Part shown: positions 25,651-39,351 of the stretch, piece by piece
Layout: each line of letters begins with the position of its first letter
How positions within the stretch are numbered: the stretch's first letter is position 1
Origin: Anolis carolinensis
Lineage: Eukaryota
Length of the DNA: 64,000 bases
Assembly (NCBI RefSeq): GCF_035594765.1
Contig: NC_085841.1
Span: 261,980,525-262,044,524, forward strand
Direction: 5' to 3'
Made by a program: the position numbers and the translations under genes
Notes under the pieces: generated by a model
What the model saw: the letters and a program-made list of their open reading frames with translations, nothing else
Database searches by the model: none
What the model was told of the DNA's origin: nothing

Positions 25651-27554
25651 TTAATTAGTTGTTTTTGCACATGCTCATAAATATTGCATACACGTGAAAT
25701 AAATATTTTACGGAGGGACAGGTCTTAGAAGAAAAGCAGTACTCAACAGACAAACCCAGCAAGCTAATGTGTAGTTTAAACACAGGAGATATGTTTGTTT
25801 TCCATTCTTTCCAGAAGATCAGTACAGCAGGAATGAGGAACTTCAAGAAGTAGTAGGTCCATTCTATACCTTGGGGCAATTGATGTAAAAGTCTTGCTTC
25901 TCAGAATCCAAGAAAAGGCAATGTAAATGGAGAGGTCTATGGCAAAATCCAAAGATTGAACCCTCTCTTACTTTAGGATTCCTAGCAACGATTCTTTCTT
26001 CCATAATAGCAACAAAAGCAATGCATATAATAAATGGCTTGGGAACTCAATATTTGATAGAGTACCTCTCCCTATATACACTCCTCTTAGACACCCAAAT
26101 GGTACTAACATTGGTTTCTTCCACTCACCAAATTAATATTAAAAGTCTTTTTGTAAATGCCTTTGGGACCTAATTTCTCTTTTTCAATATACATGGTTTT
26201 GATTGAGTTACCTCATCACACAAAAGAAAATGATCATTCTAGCACGCTGCTACACACTTCCTCCTTTGAGCCCACTGGACCCCATCACACGACCTAAGGC
26301 AATTTCCGGCAGGACTCCGTAGAGCAAGTGTCCTGGCAGCATGATAGGATATTTCCCTGGGAACATGGGAGGCTTATTGTGTTCCATAGAGAACAACACA
26401 CTTATCCCTGTGGGATGAAGTAAGGGGTGCAGTGGGTGACGTGGGGCAACCGTTTTTCCCACGTTGCCCCACAGATTCGCCATGTTGTGTGGCAATGAGG
26501 TCCTTAGTCTTTCTGCTGTTTGACTTAATTTGACTGAATATGCTTTTAATTTGTTTTTTCTTTAATATGAAATTGTGTGTTTTGCTTTAATTGTATACTG
26601 CCCACATGCCGAGATCTCATATGAAAGCAAAGGATGGAAATATTTTAATTGATGAATAAATGAAATAGCATACCAACCTTACAAGAATACAGAATACATT
26701 GTGGTCAACAAGAAATGTGGATCTCTTAAAGCCACGTTGGACAGCTTAATGTCCTATAGATATTGTAAATTGGCCATGCATCCCATTATCTAGCCTGTTT
26801 GGGTTTGTGAGTGCTGCACAAACTGCCCGTCCACATCCTAATGGTACTTCCTTTGGTATAAGCATTTTCACCCATGACTGCTTGTTGGACCTCACCAGTC
26901 CCAGGATCCTATCTGAATAGCTGTTTGTTGATCAGCATTCCTGCCAGAACAATGCACCATAAACATAATTTGGCCTTGAAGAGCTGCTTGTTCCACCTTG
27001 CACCTTGGCACGTATAAGGATTCTACGATTTGTGTAAGGTAAGGTGATGAACCAGCATGAAACATTAACTATACATTAATGTTCTTTTTATGCATTTTAT
27101 TATCCTTGATGCTTGAATAAATATTTTGAATTAGGAGCCTGGACTGAGTCACAAAACCAGTCCCATACATCTCAACTAGCTTTCAATGTAAACTTGACTG
27201 CTTACATCTGAAGCTATTTGATTATTTATAAGAATCTTGAATGGAAGGACTGCTCTTCAACTCCAAAACAAACAATAAGCAGGGAAATTCTTACCACAGG
27301 TCAAAATCCATGTATGCTTAGACTGTGGTCAATTAATAGTGGCGGCAGTCCTTGATTAAGAAGCAAACATCTTGCAGTCTCTTCATAAAGATAGAACATT
27401 CCCTTCCCTACAAGTCACAGAGGGATTAGCTGGCTGACCTCCATCCTGTCTAGATCTGGCTGCGACTGGACAAACCCTCCTACAGCTATCAACTTTAACG
27501 TAACAAAGACTTTTTTCTTGCAGTTCTCAGCAGTTCTTGAACAACCATCTAGAT

Positions 27555-27688
27555 CAGTGGTTCTCAACCTATGGTCCCCAGGTGTTTTGGCCTACAACTC
27601 TCAGAAATCCCAGCTAGTTTACCAGCTGTTAGGATTTCTGGGAGTTGAAGGCCAAAACATCTGGGGACCCACAGGTTGAGAACCACTG
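27555..27688. mobile_element. hAT MITE (same family)
   Basis: TIRs; TSD ATCTAGAT/ATGTAGAT. Confidence 0.88.
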
Positions 27689-30389
27689 ATGTAGATGAAG
27701 CCTTAATATCATAGAAGGGCAAGCAAAAGGATGCATTGCTTGATTGCACAGCAAGAAGATATTTTACAATCCAATTGTCTAGACACACTGCAACTGAGAG
27801 AACAAGTAGCAGCAGATGCCATTAACTTTCTGATCTGGGTGGCAACCAGCACCAGACTGCTTGAACCATCTCCATCTAGTCATTATATTCTGAGCACTGA
27901 ACTTGTCTCCCTGCTACCCAGCTGCCACCACCATTGCCTTTTACCTTGTGTATCATATTTTAATTTTAGATTGTAAGCCTCAGGGCAGAGACTATCACAC
28001 TATTTATCTTGCAAAGGAGCTTGTAGGAGCTAAAGAGCAGGGCACAAGTGATGTAAATAAACAATAACGATTGGAGTGTTGATTTATGAAATTAGAAACG
28101 AGGTGTTGAGTCCCAAGTCAGCTATACAAACCTACTGGGTGACATTGGGGAGGTGCCACTCTCTCAGAGGAAGGCAAACACAGATCCCCTCTGCCCACTT
28201 CATTTTGGGGTCACTTGTCTGCCATCCTGGTGCCCAATGTGTAAATTCAAGCTCTGATTAATTTCATAAATATGAGAACAAAGGAATGGTTGCAGAATTC
28301 TCATTGTAATTGCTTTCAAATTGTGCTTCCATTTAGCCACCTGTGTGTCCGTGGCTCCATCAGCTGTTTCAGGATTTTAAAATGTGCACGGGCACTGGAG
28401 CAGTCCACACCAGCATATGACAATGAAGTCCCGTGTTTTTCTTGAGTGCAGGGATATACAGTGATGCAAATATGCACATTTTTTGGCTGATCTCAGATTT
28501 TAAGTGCACCTTTTTAACCCGTGTCTTGCAGCTGATGACACAATTCAGCACACATTTTCGGCAAGCATCATCTAACCACCCTACCCCTTTTATCCCAGTT
28601 TCTCGCAGATTTTAGGGCCTGTGTAGAATGACCCCTAGTTGAATTTTATGGTCAGCTACAGTGTAGTAGTTCTGATATTCATTCTCTACTTGAAACTTCC
28701 TAGATCCAGCCCAGCCCAAAAAGGCGGGGTACCAAAGCCTAAACAAACTCAAAATATATAAATCTACCCAACTTAATGTTATGTGCCCATTCCAAATAAT
28801 CTCAGGTTTTGTTCCAGGTCGATGTGACTCTTTGAGTAGTATTTCCTTATATAATTTACCATATTGGCTATAATCCTCTTGTCAGGTCTTGCTTGGAGAG
28901 CCAACTTTCTACAAAGCAAGAACTGTTGTGGCAAGTAGTAGGGCAAAGAACTGCAAAGGTGGATTGGGTAAAATTGTGATTTTCTCCAAGCAATGATAAC
29001 ATGAGTTACCCCCTCAAGTTTTACTGCTTGGTCCTGTGGGCTACCATGTAAAACAAAGGGCTAATGCTCATCCCAGTTAGACTAAACACTTTAAGATCAA
29101 TGGGACTTACAGAAGTGATAGCTAACAAATCACAGTAAATTCATTGACTTTTTTTCTAGTTAGGACTAACACTGGATTTAATCCCAAAGTAGAAACAGTC
29201 TCATGTAAGAGCCATTGGGCACATCTAGAGAGATGGTCAATTTGAGCAATTTATGCTGCACCAATTAATGTTGCTTCTTGACACTTTGCTTCCCTCTCCA
29301 AATGGTCTCCTGATTTATGCAAATACCACAATAAAATGTCAACATGCTTTGATTCATTTGGGGATGTCTTGTTTGTAATGTGGGTTTGTTTGGGGGATTA
29401 ATATCTATAGCCTCCCAATATACCTGGGCTCAGAAAGGATGTAAAATATTTAATATACAAAATATATAGATAAAAACATTTAAAAACAGAATAAAAACTC
29501 CTCCTTAAAAATAGTTTAAAAGCACAGACAAGTGGAAACAGTTTGTGCACATAACCCCACCTTTAACAAGCATAACTGGGTAACACATTGGTAGTGGTCC
29601 TCCAAATGTTATGATGTTAGATGTGGCTGTATCCATTTATCCACAGATGTTTTTCTACTTTACATTCTTTGCATGTTTGGCTTTTGTTTCCCACCGCATT
29701 ACCTCCTTACATCTTTTTTTTAAAAGAACTGCCTAGAAGAATAGTGCTAACATTAAGCTAAAATGGTGGCACTGCAGTGCTTACTTCCTCAAACGATAAA
29801 TTGCCACCCACACTCTATTTTTCAACAGGGCAAGTCATCTTTTTCCCAGCTGAGTCCCTGGTTTCCATGTGTCCTAGCTGAACAATCAAACTACTAAAGT
29901 ACACTGGTTCTCTTTCTACTTACTAGATTATAAAATAGCCTCCACCTATAGATAAAGAAATGAGTAATAAATGAAAATTTGGAAAAAGCTGGTAATGCAT
30001 TGGCCTGGGTTCCTTACATCTGCCTACATGCCATTGCAGGTTTCAAAAGCCTACCTTTGTGTGACTCAGAAAATGTGTGGAAGTGCATGTGTTTGTATGC
30101 ACAAGCATGCATGTGTACGAGACAGACAAAAATCTCCAGGGAAACAAATGCAACATTTTGGCATTAATCTTCTCGAGAGCTACAAAATATAAATATTGTG
30201 ACACTGGGGGAGAAAGTGACTGACTGTTTCACAAGTACAAAGCAGAAACCATTTTGAAATAAGGATAAAATGGAGAAGAGGCAAAGGGACTGGAAGCATA
30301 CATTCTTAATAACTCACATTACGAGCAAAAATTCCCACAAATTAATCAAAATGTTTCACTGTTATGAACCACACTGGTCGATCATCTTA

Positions 30390-31670
30390 ACCACAATTCA
30401 AGAAGGATATTAACAAGCTGCAGCATGTTCAGAGAAGGGCAACCAAAATGATAAAAGGTTTGGAAACCATGTCTTAAGAACAGCAGCTTAGGAATTTGAG
30501 TATGTTTAGCTGGTGAAGAGAAAGTTAAGAAGGGACATGATAGCCATGTTAAAATATGTGAAAGAATGGCATATTGAAGATGGAGCAAACTGGTTTTCTA
30601 CTACTCCGGAAACTAGGATATGAACAGAGCCGGCCCTAGGTATTTTTCAAGTGTAGGCGAACAGAATTTTGGCGCCCCCCCCCCCCCCCCCAAACCAATC
30701 ACTGAAAAATAAAAGCGTTGGATAAGCGAAAATGTTTGATAATAAGGAAGGATTAAGGAAAAGTCTATTAAACATCAAATTACATTAAGATTTTACAAAT
30801 TAGGCACTAAAACATCATGTTTTACAACAAATCAATAGAAAAAGCAGTTCGATACATGGTAATGTTATGTAGGAATTACTATATTTGCAAATTTAGCACT
30901 AAATATTGAACAGAGATATAGGGCAGTGTGGACTTAGATAACCCAGATAGCCCGCAGTATTAAAAAAAACCCTCTAAAATCAGGACAATAAATAAAGAAC
31001 AACACTCTGAAAACAGAAGAAATCCAGACAGTAAACACTCAGGGACAGCTAACACCTCCTAAAAAAAGATTCTCCCAGGCAAGAAGAAGCCAGGCCTTGA
31101 AGCCACAGGGCCATTAAATGCTAATCAAGGTGATTAATTACAACATACACACCTGCTTCAAAGAAGAGTTCTTTCTCCCACCCTGGACCTTCTACAGATA
31201 TATAAACCCCACATACCTAGCTTCCAAGTTCCCACAAACCTCACAATCTCTGAAGGTCCCAAAGGTGGGCTCACGTGGTGCGAAGGCGGTCCTGCGCCGG
31301 CTGGAAGGCCCAGCGTGGGCACCGGGAGGTCCGAAGGAGAAGGAGGCAGAGAGTGGCGCCCTCCTCCCAGGATGATGGCGCCCCCGGGGCGATGGCGCCA
31401 CAGGCGAGTGCCTAGTTCGCCTTATGGTTGGACCGCCTCTGGATATGAAGCAAATGATAGAAAAAGAGATTCCGCTTAAACATTAGAAAGAACTTCCAGA
31501 TAGTAAGAGCTGTTTGATGGTGGAATATGCTGCCTTAGAGGGTGGTGGAGTCTCCTTCTCTGAGGTTTTTAAACAGAGGTTGGACAGGGGTGCCTTGATT
31601 GTATATTCCTGTATATCAGGAGGTTGGACTGGATGGCCTTTGCGGTATCTTCCAAGCTCTATGATTCTAT
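30390..31670 (+). mobile_element. Old CR1 3' fragment split by a hAT insertion
   Basis: KKDINKLQHVQRRATKMIKGLE... before 30624; continues after 31449 to a CTATGATTCTAT tail. Confidence 0.8.
30625..31441. mobile_element. Composite non-autonomous hAT transposon carrying fragments of other TEs
   Basis: Imperfect TIR CAGAGCCGGCCC / GGACCGCCTCTG; exact 8-bp TSD GATATGAA at 30617-30624 and 31442-31449. Confidence 0.85.
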
Positions 31671-32733
31671 ATATAAAAATGAGAGAACACTTAGCAAATG
31701 ATCCAGGAGGCTTCATTGGTGCAGAAACTCTGAACAGTAGGGACAAGTGTTCTCTCGTCACGTGGGGATGAGTCATGATAGGGCAAATCAGTGGCATGCA
31801 GTATTAAGTGCTGAGACTGGGAAAGGGGCCATGCTGTCTGAGGAATTCAAGAAACCGTAATCCCCTAAATTAACTTTTCCAAGCTCTGTACTGACTAATT
31901 AAAGTGAACAGAGCTTCCACTGGGACCAAACTAAAGTCCCTTCTTACAACTGATATGCAGTGTCGATATCTGCACAAAAACGTGAGTAGCAAGTGTTAGT
32001 ATCACAAAGCAATTCGAGTTTCTTTGAGCTAGGCTTACCTATTGTGAAGACAAAGCAAGAATTTGCTGCTTACAGCTGCCAGGGAATAAAATGCCTGCTG
32101 TGTCTGACATCTCTCTTTTTTCATGTTTTGTTCAAGGTTCAACGCTTTAGCTTTGGCAGAGAATTTTTAAAAACACTATGAAGAACTCCTATCAAACTAA
32201 CCAGACATTTTACTTACAAAACATAATGCTCCATTAACTTTCAGCTTGGGATATGCAGAATTCAATTTTCAGAGAGAGTCTCCATAAAGAATATTACCTT
32301 TTTTACTGTTTGGAAACTCCCTGCTGCACCTCACCCCCATGTTTCAATTTGTCACTAAAGAACAGATCCATCAAAAAGTATTTCCAGATGGATAGTTGTG
32401 TTAGTCCACTGAAGCAAAACTAGCACAGTTTTGTGACACATTACAAAGCTAACACATGTATTACAGCAAAAGCTTATAGTCTATTTTATCATATACATTC
32501 ACTCTTATCCTGATTGCAGGTATACGTTGCATGTATCATTCAAATCCCATTACCATGTATTTGTTTTATTGTAGTAGAATAATATCATCTCCCTCTCCAC
32601 CTCAGGTGAAAAACACAGAGAGAAATGTGGGATGTTCTTGCATTTTCAAAAGTCGTTGTTGTTACTGTGTGTCTTCAAGTTACCTCTAACTTACTTCCAA
32701 CCCATTATGGATTTTCTTGGCAAAGTTTATCTA

Positions 32734-32887
32734 GGGTGCATCTACACTGCAGAATTAACAGTTTGAAACCACTGTAAGTATCATGGAACAATGCTATGGA
32801 GAAGGCTAAAGATCTTGTGAAACAGCATTGAACCATGACAGTCAAAGTAGATTCAAATGGCATTAATTCTACAATGTAGATGCACCC
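32734..32887. mobile_element. Palindromic Harbinger-type MITE (GGGTGCATCTACA TIR) inside an old SINE remnant
   Basis: TIR pair; relatives at ~12373-12580, 34130-34758, 35899-36254, 40201-40390, 40462-40687 and 58730-58887. Confidence 0.7.
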
Positions 32888-33553
32888 TTAGAGAAGGAAT
32901 TTGAACTATGGTCTCCCAGAGTCTTAGACCCCCATCTATACAACCACATAATGTGTCATAGGAAACGGGTTAGCCTGGGACATCCAAGTAATACTCCAGG
33001 CTAACCCATATCAATGTGGAATAAATCTGATTATTCAGGGTTATTCCAGGTTTAAAAATACCTGCAAATATCTGAATCTTACTGAAAGATCTGGACCTTG
33101 GCAGGTATGAAGGCAGTAGGGACTTAATTATGGGATCACCATTTACGACCCCACGAGACAGTCCCCACAGCCATCCCTTCTCCCCAAGAGCTTTCTCTGT
33201 TTGTAAGGGGGAAACGGGGAAGGGAGGGAAATGGGATGATCTCCATGCCCACCCATGCTGATCATGCCAATTGCAAATCAGCACAAATGGGTATCTGGAC
33301 ATGTCTCAGGCAAAACAGCAAGATTTTGGCTCCCTGCGTGGCCAAGAAATGTGGAGAAAACTGGCATTTTGTACCGGATTTCTCTGCATTTTCAGCAGTG
33401 TGGAAGGGCCCTTACTCAAACACTGAGATCACTCTATCACACTCATATATTTCTCTAAAAACCTCCCTTCTCACACGCAATATTTTCAGGCAAAAATCAG
33501 GAGTTATGGAACAGATCTAGGTGCCAGGATCTACATTTCCAGACTCCTCAGAA

Positions 33554-33585
33554 ATAATAATAATAATAATAATCATCATCATCAT
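33554..33585. repeat. (AAT)n(CAT)n microsatellite
   Basis: Direct reading. Confidence 0.9.
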
Positions 33586-34276
33586 CTTTATTTATACCCC
33601 GCCACCATATCCCCGAAGGGACTCGGGCAGCTCAAAAAAGCACTGCAAGTGCCAAACATGAAATAAATAATACATAAACATATAGACTATAACAACAAAT
33701 TTACAACAGCAAACATGCATAAAATGACACATAATAGAAATTTTAAATAATTAGCATTTCCCCATAGTTCTTCACTACTACTTGTGAGGCTGGGGAAACA
33801 CTAGGAATTCGGGCATTATACCACAGAACGTCTTTGAGTTAATCTACATTACACAGATATTGTGATTTGATACCACTTGATTGTCCACCCTATGGAGTCC
33901 TGGGATTTGCAGTTTGGTATGACTAATTTAAAAATATCTGCTAAATACTTCTAGTCCGTTGCCCTAAAGTGCAGAATGACAGGGGAAATAGTATCAGGCT
34001 GTGCAGTGAAGTCAGACACAATGCTTTATAAGACAGGTGTGAATAGAAGTCCCATCTAACATTAAGCATAGAATGGTATGAAGGATACATATATGTGGGT
34101 GGGTGGGTGAGAGGAGAGGAAGAAGAAGAGTGCATCTGCACTGTGTAATTAATGCAGTTTGAGCCCACTTTAACTACCATGGCTCAATGTAGTTCAGTGT
34201 AGTTTAGTGAGGCACCAGCACTCTTTTGCAGGGAAGGCTAAAGGCCTAGTAAAACTACAACTTCCAAGATTAGATA

Positions 34277-34692
34277 CCCTGTTTCCCCAAAAATAAGACA
34301 TCCCCAGAAAATAAGACCTAGTAGAGGTTTTGCTGAATTGCTAAATATAAGGCCTCCCCTGAAAGTAAGACCTAGCAAAGTTTTTGTTTGGAAGCAAGCT
34401 CACTGAACAGAACACCAGAGCATGCAGGATCGGTAAATGTACGTACCATAGATTATTGTACATGGAAATAATGATAGTAACAAGAAATTATTGATAAGAT
34501 TCACCGTATGTTTGGTTATGCTGGTTTGTGATGACAACTACTGTACAGTATATAATAAATGTTCATTTTTTTGTTCAACAATTAATGTGAATTCTTCATG
34601 GAAAAATAAGACATCACCTGAAAATAAGACCTAGTGCATCTTTGGGAGCAAAAATTAATATAAGATACTGTCTTATTTTGGGGGAAACACGG
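34277..34692. mobile_element. Tc1/mariner (Tc2/pogo-like) MITE nested in the Harbinger-type MITE at 34130-34758
   Basis: TIR CCCTGTTTCCCCAAAAATAAGAC / GTCTTATTTTGGGGGAAACACGG, TA TSD, subterminal AAAATAAGAC repeats. Confidence 0.85.
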
Positions 34693-35774
34693 TAGTGTTG
34701 AGGCAAGGCAGTTAAAGTGGGCTCAAACTGCATTAATGCCACAGTTCATGTGCACCCCAGAAACAGAAAATAGAGCAAAGCTTGTTCAAGACAGCAGAGG
34801 GGAGGGAGCTGAGAAAAAAGTCCAGATGAAATATGGAAAATTTTGAGAAAAACCAAACTGGTCAGGATGGCACAATGACCTCAGAGCAGGACTTTCTGTA
34901 GGTGTTTGTGTGTTTACATTTTTACAATGACCATTATAAGGTGCTCAGTTGTCAGTGTATTGGAAGAGAACATACTTCTACAATAAGCCAGGAAATCCAC
35001 ACAGGTGACAGGAACTTATCTGCTTTCATGTAAAGTGAGTCACTTCTTACATAACCAGATCTACGGCCAGCGTGGCTCCTGGACATGCAGATTCTTGGGA
35101 CTGTGCCACCAAAGCCTTTCATCTCGTGATTGCTGTGCCTGGGACAGGGAGGCCTTTGCACCTTTATCAAAAAGTCAATACTACAGAGAGCAACCACACT
35201 GTGCTTTTGGTAGAGAAGGACATCATTCCACAACACTTTTCCCTTCCAGGCATATTTGAACTCACTGGAGAGTTTGCTTGAAAGCCTATACTGAGTTAAT
35301 TAAAAACGGGTGTATGATTTCTAAACAATTTCTTGAAGTATCCTGAAGTATCTGGAGTAGATTCCTGTGTTGGGGTGAGGGGAATCCAACAAGGAGCATG
35401 TATAAGTTGCAAGAATCCTGAAGCAATGTAAGGCCGTAATGGTCTGAGATGCAGTAAGAATAATATGGTATAAAATGCATAATTTAGTTTTGCCCTACAA
35501 AATAAATTTGGGGGTTGCCCCACAACATACCTGCAGTTTTACACCACTTTAAATGCTATGGAATCCTGGGAGTTGTAGGATGATGAGGTACTCCATCTGT
35601 GGATAATTAAGTCCCATTATATACAATGCCATAATAAAGTGGTGTCCTTTACATAAACTAGAAAACACAAAGTTTGGTTTTTGAGATTTTTTAAAAAATC
35701 TATTCAAGCCATGGATGGCTCACTCTGTAGATGGATGAACCCATGGATATGGAGAGCTGGCTGCACCACACTGA

Positions 35775-36254
35775 GGGCCCTTCCACAAAACCCAGAATAT
35801 CAAATCAGATAATCCACAGTATCAGTTTTGAACTGGGTTATCTGAGTCATATAATCCAGTTCAATGTGGGTTCTACACAGCTGTGTGGAGAGGCCTGAGG
35901 GTGTATCTACAATGTAGAATTAATGCAGTTTGACCCTACTTTAACCGCCATAGCTCAAAGCTATGGAATCATGGAAAGTGTAATTTGAAAAGGTATTTAG
36001 CCTTCTTTGCCAACAGGTGCTGGTGCCTCACCAAACTACAACTCCCATGATTCCATAGCATTGAGCCATGGCAGTTAAAGTGGTACCAAACTGCATTAAT
36101 TCTACAGTTAAGGCTGGATCTACACTGGCCTATATCCCAGGATCTGATTCCAGATTATCTGGCAATGTAGACTCATATAATCCATTTCAAAGCAGATAAT
36201 CTGGGATCAGACCCTGGGATATAGGGCAGTGTGGATCTAGCCGTAGATGCACCC
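35775..36254. mobile_element. Cluster of three Harbinger-type MITEs (35775-35895; 35899-36254; nested 36112-36242)
   Basis: TIR pairs; first element flanked by TGA/TGA. Confidence 0.75.
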
Positions 36255-36715
36255 CTAGAGACTAGACTTTAGCCCTTTATGAAGTAAGCAGCTATTATTG
36301 ACCACGATTGGCTGCTTTCCAACCTGAAAGATGGCTCAAAGGTATCATACAATTGTGACATCACCACCATCCCTCCAAATGGCTTGTTGTAAGAAAATAA
36401 GTGAGATCAAAAACAGAGATAAATTCACTTTATTGGAGGAGGAAGGGTAGTAAATCAATCGTAAGAAGGCAAAGCAGGGGAGAGAGGTTTTAAACTGCCA
36501 ATTTCTCCCATTGCTACAAGCAAGTGCTGTGACAATGAGTTCAGTTCATTCATCATCCCATGAGTCAGCAACAGGACTTTTAAAAAAATCTTTCCAAATG
36601 ACTTGGAGCTGTAATTTTCCATATTTCTGAACTGAACGTCTGGAGGGATGAATTAATGTCAGGCACATCAACATTACAACCTTCTTTAAGCCTTCTCTGA
36701 TATTTGTTAATATTT

Positions 36716-37377
36716 GTTATGATTCTGTTTGCTTACTGTTTTGTATGCATGTTCTGATATGCAGCTTCTTTTGCTCTATGTTTCCCGAGAGGTTGTAGGA
36801 GGGGCTGCAGACTACATGATCTGATCTGAGACTGCTCAGATCTCAGACTCCATTTTAGATTCTTTTTAAACTTTGGACTGCTAAGAGCAAACATTTGTTT
36901 GCTGTAAGAAAGATGTCCTGTGTCATCTGCACAGAGAAATTATCTTAAACATTTATTTATTTCAATTATTTATACCCTGCCCTTCTCACCCGAGCGGACT
37001 CAGGGCGGCTTACAAGTGGCAATTGATGCCGTTACACCATTATACAATGAACTAAAACGTTAAAACAGTTAAAACAGTCATAAAATACAATATACAAAGT
37101 TTAAAACAATGCAAAGTGTCTGAAACTGGACTGATAAGCTATGCACCTTTGTTATGCCGAACACATGATGGTTGTGAATAAACCAAACATGTTATTTTAC
37201 CAAAGCCTACTTCATTTTTGTCTCTTGAGTGCATGATATAAAACTACACTAGTTGTTTTATGGGCAAGTAGATACATTTTTTAGGCACTGAAAAAACACT
37301 TCTGAAACTCTGCCGTTTTTATGCACTGGCATATTCTTTGTTCCAAACAGATCGGAGACAATAGGTTCAGTCTAACA
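36716..37377 (+). mobile_element. Possible solo LTR interrupted by an L2 3' remnant (36952-37115)
   Basis: TGTTA...TAACA ends and internal AATAAA; no TSD identified. Confidence 0.35.
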
Positions 37378-37719
37378 GCTGAAGATATTGCCTTGCATAT
37401 TACATTTGGTTGTATATCGTATGAGAAGATTCTACTCAAACAGGTTTTTTGGTTCTTCTCTGAAAGTTCAAACTTTTCCAAAAGGTTATAATCTCCAAAT
37501 GGTTATGAATGGCATGTTCCAAAAGCCCCCACAAACAAAGACTGTCTGGGAGTGTGTTGTTGACTGCTTGAGGAGGCAGCAAGAGCAACAATAACGCCCT
37601 ATTGTCCTTGGTTCTCCACCCTGCCCCAAATATGTGGGGAGGAGGAGGAGGGAGGAAACATGGAGGATAGGGAGGGGAAGGGGGAGCTCAGGGGAGGGGC
37701 CCACATTGAGAAGGGAAAA

Positions 37720-37966
37720 CATAGCATTGGAACAGACCCCCAAAGGTCATCTAATACAATCCCCTTCATCCAGGCAGGAAGACAGCGTCAAAGCCCCCCC
37801 AACAGACAGCCAGACAGCTTCAGCTCAACAACCTCCACAGAAGGAGACTCCACTGACTCCCAAGCAGCCTGTGCTTCACTAGAGTGCAAGGAGACCCTCC
37901 AAGGGCATCGAGCCCAACCCCCTTCAGCCCAAGATAGCCATCCAGCCTGTTTAAAAACCTCCAGAG
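37720..37966 (-). mobile_element. CR1 3' end remnants (two)
   Basis: Reverse complement of CR1 terminal motifs (CATCCAGCCTGTTTAAAAACCTCCAG). Confidence 0.6.
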
Positions 37967-38144
37967 AAGTTTGACCACTTCAGAAGTGCAATGCTAGTGG
38001 TGTTCAAGTGTAGATAGAGTAATGACCACTGAAATTGATACGTTTCTAATTAAGAAAACAAAATCTGTTGAAAAGGGTGTTTGTGATTAACCGCAGGAAG
38101 CGGCTGTAGAGGAAACTACACAAGAATCAACTGCAGTACTACGT

Positions 38145-38755
38145 ATGTGTTGTTGATGGCTTTCATGGCCAGAATCACAGGGTTGCTGTGAGTTTTCCGG
38201 GCTGTGTGGCCATGCTGCACAAGCATTCCCTCCCGACGTTTCACCCACATCCATGGCAGGCATCCTCAGTGGTTGTGAGGTCTGTTGGAAACTAGACAAG
38301 TGAGGTTTATATATCTGTGGAACGTCCAGGGTGGGAGAAAGAACTCTTGTCTTCTGGAGGAAAATATGCATATTGCAATTCATCACCATGATTAGCATTT
38401 AATGGTCTTGCAGCTTCAAGACCTGGCTGATTCCTGCTGGGGGAATCCTTTGTTGGAAGGTGTTAGCTGTTTCTGATTGTTTCTTGTCTGGAATTCCCGT
38501 TTTCCAAGTGTTGTTCTTTATTTACTGTCCTGAGTTTTTTAAAAATACTGGTAGCCAGATTTTGTTCATTGCCATGGTTCCCTCCTTTCTGTTGAAACTG
38601 CAGTACAGTTGAAGGAAAAATCTCCAAATCTCCCTTGCATAGTTTCCAGCCGACCTCACAACCCCAAAGGATGCCTGCCATAGAGGTGGGCAAAACGTCA
38701 GGAGAGAATGCTTCTGGAACATAGCCACACAGTCCGGAAAACTCACAGCAACCCT
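38145..38755. mobile_element. Penelope-like insertion (minus-strand 3' part plus inverted pLTR piece)
   Basis: pLTR with FNRKE.TM.MNKIWLPV coding remnant on the minus strand; inverted piece at ~38630-38755. Confidence 0.85.
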
Positions 38756-38779
38756 TCCAAACCTCTGTTGGCATGACCT

Positions 38780-39310
38780 CCGGTTTGCTAGTAATATTGA
38801 ATTACCAGGTCGCGAAAGGCTGCATGCCTGGAAAGCATGGCACCAACATGGGAAGTGTGTAAAGCTCTGCTCTGGAAGCTGGCCATTCACACGACAATGA
38901 GTCCCTCACATGAAATCATGCCGCGCCCATGAGATCTCGCATACAGCAACTGCAGCCGGGAAAGACAGACAGAAAGAAAGGAGGCGGGAGGACGGGTCGC
39001 TCTCCCCGTGACCTTCCCCCGAACTCGCCACTCGACAGCCCTGCAGCGCATTTCAACTGGACTTCTATTTCCACAGTCTCTTCCCCTCCATTTCCTTTTG
39101 TTTTCTCGCGTGTCGGAGGTTTTGGAGGAGGGCACGAGGCCTTCTCCGATTGCGAGCCCACGTGCCAAGGAGACATGAGGGAGGGAGGGAAGGAAGGAGG
39201 GTGGTTGAAAAAGACCAAGAAAAGAAAATGGAGATTGCAATAGATAGGAAAGCAGGCAGGCAGACAGGAAGGCAGGCGCGGGAGGGGCAGAGAGGCACCG
39301 GCTATTCCTC
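38780..39310. promoter_or_regulatory. Upstream CpG-rich element (candidate enhancer or divergent promoter)
   Basis: Many retained CpGs with no recognisable TE structure; E-box CACGTG at 39159-39164; GGAGGCGGGA GC-box. Confidence 0.5.
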
Positions 39311-39351
39311 ACAAAAGGTGCAGGGGGTGGGCAGCGTTTATAATAGATATA

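Noticed and set aside
1-38700. Exons of a neighbouring gene (e.g. KMT5B, adjacent to CHKA in mammals)
   Set aside because: No recognisable translated match in any frame I examined; short or UTR exons cannot be excluded without alignment
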